DNA of 32,000 nucleotides from Neisseria subflava (GTDB lineage Bacteria; Pseudomonadota; Gammaproteobacteria; Burkholderiales; Neisseriaceae): NCBI RefSeq assembly GCF_005221305.1, contig NZ_CP039887.1, positions 1,218,905 to 1,250,904 of the forward strand, read 5' to 3'. Shown piece by piece: positions 27,063 to 32,000 of this stretch (position 1 is its first letter; each line of letters starts with the position of its first letter). The notes under the pieces were generated by a model. It saw only the letters and a program-made list of their open reading frames with translations, ran no database searches and was not told where the DNA came from. The position numbers and the translations under genes were made by a program.

Positions 27063-27091
27063 ATATTTTTTCTCTAACAATCTAAGCCAAA

Positions 27092-28837
27092 ACCGCCTAC
27101 GAATACGGCCAAGACGGTCTGCCGACCCGACGCACCAATGCCTTGGGCCATACCTTCGGCTACCACTACGACAAAGCCCGCCGCCTGGTCGGCCTCATCA
27201 ATGAAAACGGTGCGCGCTACCGCTTTGCCTACGACGTCCTTGACCGATTGATTGCCGAAAGCGGCTTCGACCATAAACTGACCGACTACCGCTACAACGC
27301 CGGCAACGAACTAATCGAACAGCGTGAATACGGCGATGATGCCACCCTTGCCGCCAAACTGATGGCGCAACTGGGCGGACAACCCGTTGCTAAAAAAGAT
27401 GCCGCCCCGCTTTCAGACGGCCTCGACAGCCAAACCCCGCTGCGGATTACCGAGTTCAAACGAGATGTATTGGGACGCTTAATCCACACACTCGCCCGCG
27501 ATAACGACAAGGTTCAGGAAACCGTTTACCAATACGACTTTGACGGCAACCTCGTCCGCGCCGCCAACAGCCAAAGCATTACCTGCTTCGACTACAACGG
27601 CAACGGCCAACTCATCGGCCAGCACCAATGGAAAGTACCGTCCAAAGAAGAAAACGCCCGAAACGGTTTGCCCGAAACCGACTGGCGCGATGCGCAGTAC
27701 GACATGCTGTACCTGCCCGTTACCGAAAGCATCCGCTACCACTACGACTTCAACGGCAACCGTACCGCCACCGTCCTGCCCGACGGCAGACAGATCAACT
27801 ACCTGTATTACGGCAGCGGCCACCTGCACCAAATCAGCCTAGACGACGAAGTCATCTCCGACATCGAACGCGATCGGCTGCACCGCGAAATCTACCGCAC
27901 ACAGGGTAAACTTGCCAGCCGTTACGAACTCGATCCCTTAGGCCGTCTGAAAAGGCAAATTGCCGCACTCAACGAGCTGACGCAGACCGAGACAGCGAAA
28001 AACGCAGTAACATCGGCTTATGCCGTCAAACGCAGCTACGGCTACGACCGTACCGGCAACCTGACCCACAGTACCGACCAACGGACGGGGACGACGCAGT
28101 TCGAGTACGACAAACTAGGCCGGATTACCCAAGCCGGCAGCGAACTGTTCGCCTTCGACCCTGCGCACAATATCCTGTCCGATAACAATAGCCCTACCAT
28201 CACCGACAACCGCCTGAAAACCTACAACGGCAACAGCTATTACTACGACCACTTCGGCAACCTGATCCACCGCGAACTGGCCGACGGCGAAGTACAAAAC
28301 TACTTCTACGATCTGCATGACCAACTGGTTAAAGCGGAAATCTTTAAAAAAGACGGTACGAAAGAAACGTGGTCCTACACCTACGACGCTTTAGGCAGAA
28401 GGATAGGCAAAGGTCGTCTGAAAGACGAAGAAGTTTCAGACGGCCTCGAAGAGGAAACCGGATTCGTTTGGGACGGCAGCCATTTACTGCAAGAAGTCCA
28501 TCCGGACGGCAGGTATACCTATATCTACACCGACCCCGACAGCTACGGACCTTTGGCACAGGTACACAACCGGACCAACGAAGAAGGCGAAAGCAAACAG
28601 GAAACCCACTACTTCCACTGCGACCAAATCGGCATTCCAAGAGAGATGACCGATAAAGACGGCAACCTGGTTTGGTTCGGGGATTATTACGGTTGGGGCA
28701 AACTGAAGAGTGAAACGAACGTAACGGGAACGGCGCACCAACCCTTCCGATTGCAAAACCAATACGCCGACCTCGAAACGGGGCTGCATTATAACTTCTT
28801 CAGGTATTGTTCGATCGGCTGCCAATCAATCACTTGA
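27092..28837 (+). pseudogene. rhs: Orphan rhs core fragment 4, rhs-1-like, with no start and no toxin; truncated at the FFRYY motif by an IS fragment
   Basis: Homology starts abruptly at (T)AYEYGQDGLPTRRTNALGHTFGY after a TAA at 27083. It is near-identical to rhs-1 at diagnostic sites (KVQETVYQYDFDGN, SDNNSPTITDNRL...YYYDHFGN). At 28809 the sequence leaves the rhs consensus (ttcttcaggtatt|atga...) and runs into antisense transposase sequence, giving the junk tail CSIGCQSIT*. Confidence 0.85.
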
Positions 28838-28977
28838 TCCAATTTCAATAGTGGGAAGCGGTCGATGTGTTTGGCAATCATGGCTTGTGCGGTTTGCTGG
28901 AAGAAGGTGCTCATGGAAAATCCCCTAAATGTCTTGGTGGGAATTTAGGGGATTTTGGGGGATTTTGCAAAGGTCTC
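28809..28977 (-). mobile_element. IS5-family (IS1106/IS1655-like) left end with only the first about 36 transposase codons
   Basis: The minus strand from the ATG at 28914 reads MSTFFQQTAQAMIAKHIDRFPLLKLDQVIDWQPIEQ. The upstream terminus is GAGACCTTTGCAAAATCCCCCAAAATCCCCTAAATTCCCACCAAGACATTTAGGGGATTTTCC (IS end at 28977). Both match my memory of Neisseria IS1106/IS1655. The rest of the IS is absent. Confidence 0.65.
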
Positions 28978-28981
28978 GGCC

Positions 28982-29246
28982 TTAATGCCATAACTCATAA
29001 TACCTGAAAAAGTTGTAATGCATAATCGGAATGGTTTAAGAGCAATTCCAGATGTGTCAGTTTCTCTTTTTAGTTTGCTCCAGTCATAATAATTCCCAAA
29101 ACAAACCGGAAGTTACCTTCACAGTTGGTCATTTCTCTTGAGATACCAATTCGGTCACAGAAGAGGTAGTGTATTTGTTGGCTGCTTTCTTATGCAGTTA
29201 TCTAATCGTGAATTTACACCCAAAGCTTGGCGCTTTGGGCATCTGA
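28982..29246 (-). pseudogene. Degenerate, AT-enriched rhs core-end remnant in inverted orientation
   Basis: Minus-strand translation gives ESSQQIHYLFCDRIGISREMTNCEGN (29189-29112), compared with EGESCQETHYFHCDQIGIPREMTDKDGN in rhs-1. It also gives HYNFFRYYE (29020-28994), compared with HYNFFRYYE. Stops and frameshifts lie in between. The upper boundary is uncertain. Confidence 0.65.
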
Positions 29247-29290
29247 AAAGCCAGAAAGAGAAGATGGTGCTGGAATAGAGGCAAGCCCTA

Positions 29291-29578
29291 ATGGGTCAAC
29301 CTATCTTTCCCAAAAAATTGGAGCCTAATTCACAAAACGACCCTCATATACCCGACAACCACCTTAAAGAATACAACGGCAGCAGCTATTACTACGACAG
29401 TTTCAGCAACCTGATCCACCGCAAACTGGCAAACGGCGAAGTACAAAACTACTTCTACGATTTGCATGACCAACTGGTTACGGTGAAGATCTTCAAAGAA
29501 GACGGCACGAAAGAAACTTGGACGTACAGCTACGACACCTTGGGCAGAAGAATAGGCAAAGGCCGTCTGAACAGCTAA
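29291..29578 (+). pseudogene. rhs: Short diverged rhs core remnant 5 (95 codons)
   Basis: The segment PDNHLKEYNGSSYYYDSFSNLIHRKLANGEVQNYFYDLHDQLVTVKIFKEDGTKETWTYSYDTLGRRIGKGRLN aligns to TDNRLKTYNGNSYYYDHFGNLIHRELADGEVQNYFYDLHDQLVKAEIFKKDG.KETW.Y.YDALGRRIGKGRLK of the other copies. It stops 2 codons after the in-frame DUS (29562-29571). Confidence 0.8.
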
Positions 29579-29629
29579 GAAAGTTATTTAAAAAATTAAA
29601 TAACTATAAACTTTTAAATATGTAAATGT

Positions 29630-29668
29630 GAAAAAATAAGCCATCACTATTCTTTAGTGATGGCTTAT
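29630..29668 (-). terminator. Rho-independent terminator of the tRNA operon (possibly bidirectional)
   Basis: The 13-bp stem is ATAAGCCATCACT / AGTGATGGCTTAT (29636-29648 / 29656-29668) with a 7-nt loop. On the minus strand it is followed by a TTTTTT run (29630-29635). Confidence 0.75.
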
Positions 29669-29679
29669 TTTAAAGTAAC

Positions 29680-29754
29680 TGGCACGCCCACGGGGAATCG
29701 AACCCCGGTTACCGCCGTGAAAGGGCGATGTCCTAACCGCTAGACGATGGGCGC
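29680..29754 (-). tRNA. tRNA-Glu: tRNA-Glu (anticodon UUC)
   Basis: The reverse complement is GCGCCCATCGTCTAGCGGTTAGGACATCGCCCTTTCACGGCGGTAACCGGGGTTCGATTCCCCGTGGGCGTGCCA. It forms a cloverleaf with anticodon loop CTTTCAC, a T-loop GGTTCGATTCC and an encoded CCA. It is very similar to E. coli tRNA-Glu. Confidence 0.9.
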
Positions 29755-29766
29755 GGAGATTTTCTG

Positions 29767-29843
29767 TGGCGCACCCGGAGCGATTCGAACGCCCGACCCT
29801 CTGGTTCGTAGCCAGATACTCTATCCAACTGAGCTACGGGTGC
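29767..29843 (-). tRNA. tRNA-Arg: tRNA-Arg (anticodon ACG)
   Basis: The reverse complement is GCACCCGTAGCTCAGTTGGATAGAGTATCTGGCTACGAACCAGAGGGTCGGGCGTTCGAATCGCTCCGGGTGCGCCA. It has anticodon stem-loop TCTGG-CTACGAA-CCAGA, a T-loop GTTCGAATC and an encoded CCA. Confidence 0.9.
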
Positions 29844-29859
29844 ATCAAGAAAGATTTGT

Positions 29860-29888
29860 ATTATAAAGAGAGGGCTATTTACTGTCAA
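29860..29888 (-). promoter_or_regulatory. Consensus sigma70 promoter for the tRNA-Arg/tRNA-Glu operon
   Basis: The minus strand reads TTGACA (29888-29883), a 17-nt spacer and TATAAT (29865-29860). The tRNA-Arg 5' end lies 16 nt downstream of the -10 box. Confidence 0.8.
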
Positions 29889-29958
29889 GCGTTTTATTTG
29901 GAAAACTTTCAGACAGCGTGTAAAATGCGCATTTGCTATTGAATTTACAGAGAATAAA

Positions 29959-31350
29959 ATGTCAGATTTCGCACGCTGGCCGCTCTTATCCGAAGCATTT
30001 TCCCGTTTAGGACGGCCTGTGGTCGTGGTGGATTTGGAGACGACCGGTGGAAATTTCTATCAGGACAGGATAACGGAAGTCGCCCTTGTTCGTTTTGAGC
30101 AAGGACGCGCCACACATTACGAGCAATTGGTCAATCCTTGCCGCAGCATTCCCGAATTCGTTGCCAGACTGACCGGGATTCATGATGAAACGGTGAAAAA
30201 CGCGCCTGTCTTTGCCAATATTGCAGCCGATTTGTTGCCGCTGTTGCAAGGGGCAGTAGTTGTTGCCCACAACAGCCGCTTTGACTACACCTTCCTGCGC
30301 CACGAGTTTGCCCGTATCCATACTGACTTTGCCGCACCCTCGCTCTGTACGGTGCAGCTGTCTCGCCGTCTCTATCCTGAGTTTTACAAACACAGCCTCG
30401 ACAGCATTATCGAACGCACCGGCATTCAGACGGCCAACCGCCACCGCGCCATGACCGATGTTGCCGCATTGTGTGATTATCTCGAATTAAGTCTGGCAGA
30501 AAAAAATCATCAACAATGGGACGAACATGTCCGAGTATTGATGAATCCGAAAATGCTACCCACTTGGCTGCCTGATTCGCTCGCACAACAGCTCTATGCC
30601 CTGCCCGACAGTTACGGCGTATTGGTTTGGTTTGACCATTTCGGCAAAGCCCAAGCCATTGAAGCACACGAACGCGCATACAGTGAAACCGCCACCCTGC
30701 TGCACAGCAAAAAACTACCGCCGCACATTAAAGCCGCAGCCTCCATCCGTTTTATTCCGGCAGTCGGACAGCTCCATACATTATGGCTCAAAGCCCAGAC
30801 CATGCAGGAATACCAACTGATGCCGTCTGAAAAGTCCACATCGTTTTCTACCGTCCGCTTTATCGCTGACGAACACGGCAGCCTTCAAGCACGCATCGTC
30901 TTGTTAAACAGCGGCACCAAAAATTGGCGCCCTTACGGTTTGTTTGCCCATAAAAAAGCAGCCAAACGCGCTTTGATGCAATGGTCGCAAGAACACAGAC
31001 TCTGCCCAGATTCGCTCAACATTTTGCCGACCAGCTACGCAAAAGGCGAACCCTGCCCTGTCGAGGCCGTCGGAAAATGCAATGGCAACTGCCGCCAGCT
31101 AAACGGTATCAAACATCAAAACCAACGCATTACCGAGCTTGCCGCCCTACTCCCCGTAACCGATTGGGGCAAAGCGCACGAAATTGAAATTACCGAAACC
31201 GATCCCCTGACCGGAAACAGCATTACCCTGCTCTGCGCCGGCGGCGCGTTGGCATTGCCTGATGGCGGCTGGTATTTCGACAGCAGCCTGCCTCTCGTGA
31301 TTAAAAACAAATTCAGGCAAGACAAAGAAAATATCCGTTTGATTGCTTAA
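29959..31350 (+). CDS. DEDDh 3'-5' exonuclease family protein (DnaQ / Pol III epsilon-like N-terminal domain with a long C-terminal extension)
   Basis: The ORF is 463 aa with Exo I VVVVDLETTG, Exo II VVAHNSRFDYTFL and Exo III HRAMTDVAAL. Its GC-rich host-like composition contains exact DUS at 30425 and 30822. Confidence 0.85.
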   Translation: MSDFARWPLLSEAFSRLGRPVVVVDLETTGGNFYQDRITEVALVRFEQGRATHYEQLVNPCRSIPEFVARLTGIHDETVKNAPVFANIAADLLPLLQGAVVVAHNSRFDYTFLRHEFARIHTDFAAPSLCTVQLSRRLYPEFYKHSLDSIIERTGIQTANRHRAMTDVAALCDYLELSLAEKNHQQWDEHVRVLMNPKMLPTWLPDSLAQQLYALPDSYGVLVWFDHFGKAQAIEAHERAYSETATLLHSKKLPPHIKAAASIRFIPAVGQLHTLWLKAQTMQEYQLMPSEKSTSFSTVRFIADEHGSLQARIVLLNSGTKNWRPYGLFAHKKAAKRALMQWSQEHRLCPDSLNILPTSYAKGEPCPVEAVGKCNGNCRQLNGIKHQNQRITELAALLPVTDWGKAHEIEITETDPLTGNSITLLCAGGALALPDGGWYFDSSLPLVIKNKFRQDKENIRLIA

Positions 31351-31354
31351 AACA

Positions 31355-31388
31355 AGGCCGTCTGAAAACCAAATTTTCAGACGGCCTA
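31355..31388. terminator. Inverted canonical DUS pair terminator (AGGCCGTCTGAAAA-CCAAAT-TTTTCAGACGGCCT)
   Basis: The stem is a perfect 14 bp immediately after the exonuclease stop. This is the classic Neisseria DUS-pair terminator. Confidence 0.8.
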
Positions 31389-31548
31389 TTGTGAATAATT
31401 TGCCGCTTTATTCCCCAAATAAAAATCTGCCTAAATTTTAATCAGAACTTATTTTTATAATAGCAATCAAATACTAAACCAATTTATACACAAGCTGTTC
31501 ACACAATTTTCAATGAAAGCTGTGTATACCCAACCCAACGAGTAAATC

Positions 31549-32000
31549 ATGAACAACCCTGAAATCATCTTCTTTGACATCGACGACACCCTCTACCGAA
31601 AATACACAGATACCCTGCGTCCTTCGGTTGCCCAAGCCATGCGCGCATTAAAAGCCAAAGGCATTTTGACTGCCATTGCCACCGGCCGTCCTGAAGCCGC
31701 CATTCCCGCCAAAGTCAAAGCCTTGATTCAAGAATGCGGTATCGACATGCTCGTTACAATCAACGGCCAATATATTTCCTTTCGCGGCGAACCCCTGCAA
31801 AGCTACCCTTTGGACATTGCCGACATCGAAACCGCCATCAACCTGCTTGAACAACATAAAATAGACTACGCATTCGTCAACAACCAAGAAATTGCCGTTT
31901 CCTCCCATTCTCCGCGCGTTGTCGAAGGCTTATCGCATATCCTGCCCAACTTCCTGACGGACAAAGAATATTTCCGCAAACAACCTGTTTATCAAATGTT
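31549..32000 (+). CDS. Cof-type HAD-IIB family hydrolase, N-terminal part (3' end outside the window)
   Basis: An ATG at 31549 opens a frame that stays open to the window end, which is why it is absent from the ORF track. The peptide is MNNPEIIFFDIDDTLYRK...GILTAIATGRP...TINGQY, with HAD motif I DxDxT and motif II T/S-G. Confidence 0.8.
   Translation, partial: MNNPEIIFFDIDDTLYRKYTDTLRPSVAQAMRALKAKGILTAIATGRPEAAIPAKVKALIQECGIDMLVTINGQYISFRGEPLQSYPLDIADIETAINLLEQHKIDYAFVNNQEIAVSSHSPRVVEGLSHILPNFLTDKEYFRKQPVYQM

Noticed and set aside
29582-29605. AT-only hairpin AGTTATTTA-AAAAAT-TAAATAACT downstream of rhs remnant 5
   Set aside because: It is a pure A/T palindrome in an AT-rich spacer with very low predicted stability, and it could easily arise by chance. 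The adjacent GC-containing hairpin at 29636-29668 is the credible terminator.
31475-31530. Imperfect inverted repeat TATACACAAGCTG...AGCTGTGTATA upstream of the HAD hydrolase gene
   Set aside because: It might be an operator, but it has a bulge and a long spacer with no other support. It lies in ordinary housekeeping context.
31648-31908. 86-aa minus-strand ORF near the window end
   Set aside because: It is antisense to the much better supported HAD hydrolase frame (FFDIDDTL start at 31549), which is missing from the track only because it has no stop within the window.

Overview
The sequence looks like a Neisseriaceae (probably commensal Neisseria) chromosome. It carries exact DNA-uptake sequences (GCCGTCTGAA and the GTCGTCTGAA variant), two Correia-like MITEs and an IS1106/IS1655-like fragment. 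Bases 1-14994 hold the visibly AT-rich 3' half of a type VI secretion system core cluster, all on the + strand: tssF (cut by the window edge), tssG, clpV/tssH, tssJ, tssK, tssL (fused to an OmpA-like domain), tssM, vgrG and a DUF2169 adaptor gene. Bases 15075-29578 hold a GC-rich rhs polymorphic-toxin array. It contains two full-length Rhs effectors with DUF4150/PAAR-like heads whose first 2312 nt are identical. Each ends in a different AT-rich toxin tip followed by a small immunity-like gene: a PLA2-like tip with a 2-TM protein, and a Gly/Cys-rich unknown tip with a lipoprotein. Orphan rhs 3' cassettes follow. One carries an unknown toxin whose last codons and stop come from a Correia-like element, with a second tandem element and a small membrane ORF downstream. 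One is cut at the FFRYY motif by an IS fragment. Two are short degenerate remnants in opposite orientations. Bases 29630-32000 are a housekeeping flank: a tRNA-Arg/tRNA-Glu operon on the - strand with a perfect TTGACA-17-TATAAT promoter, a DnaQ-like DEDDh exonuclease gene, and the start of a Cof-type HAD hydrolase. The best candidates for undescribed biology are the three toxin/immunity tips and the way DUS hairpins, MITEs and an IS have remodelled the rhs cassettes. All identities, counts and composition statements were made by eye, with no alignment or database search.
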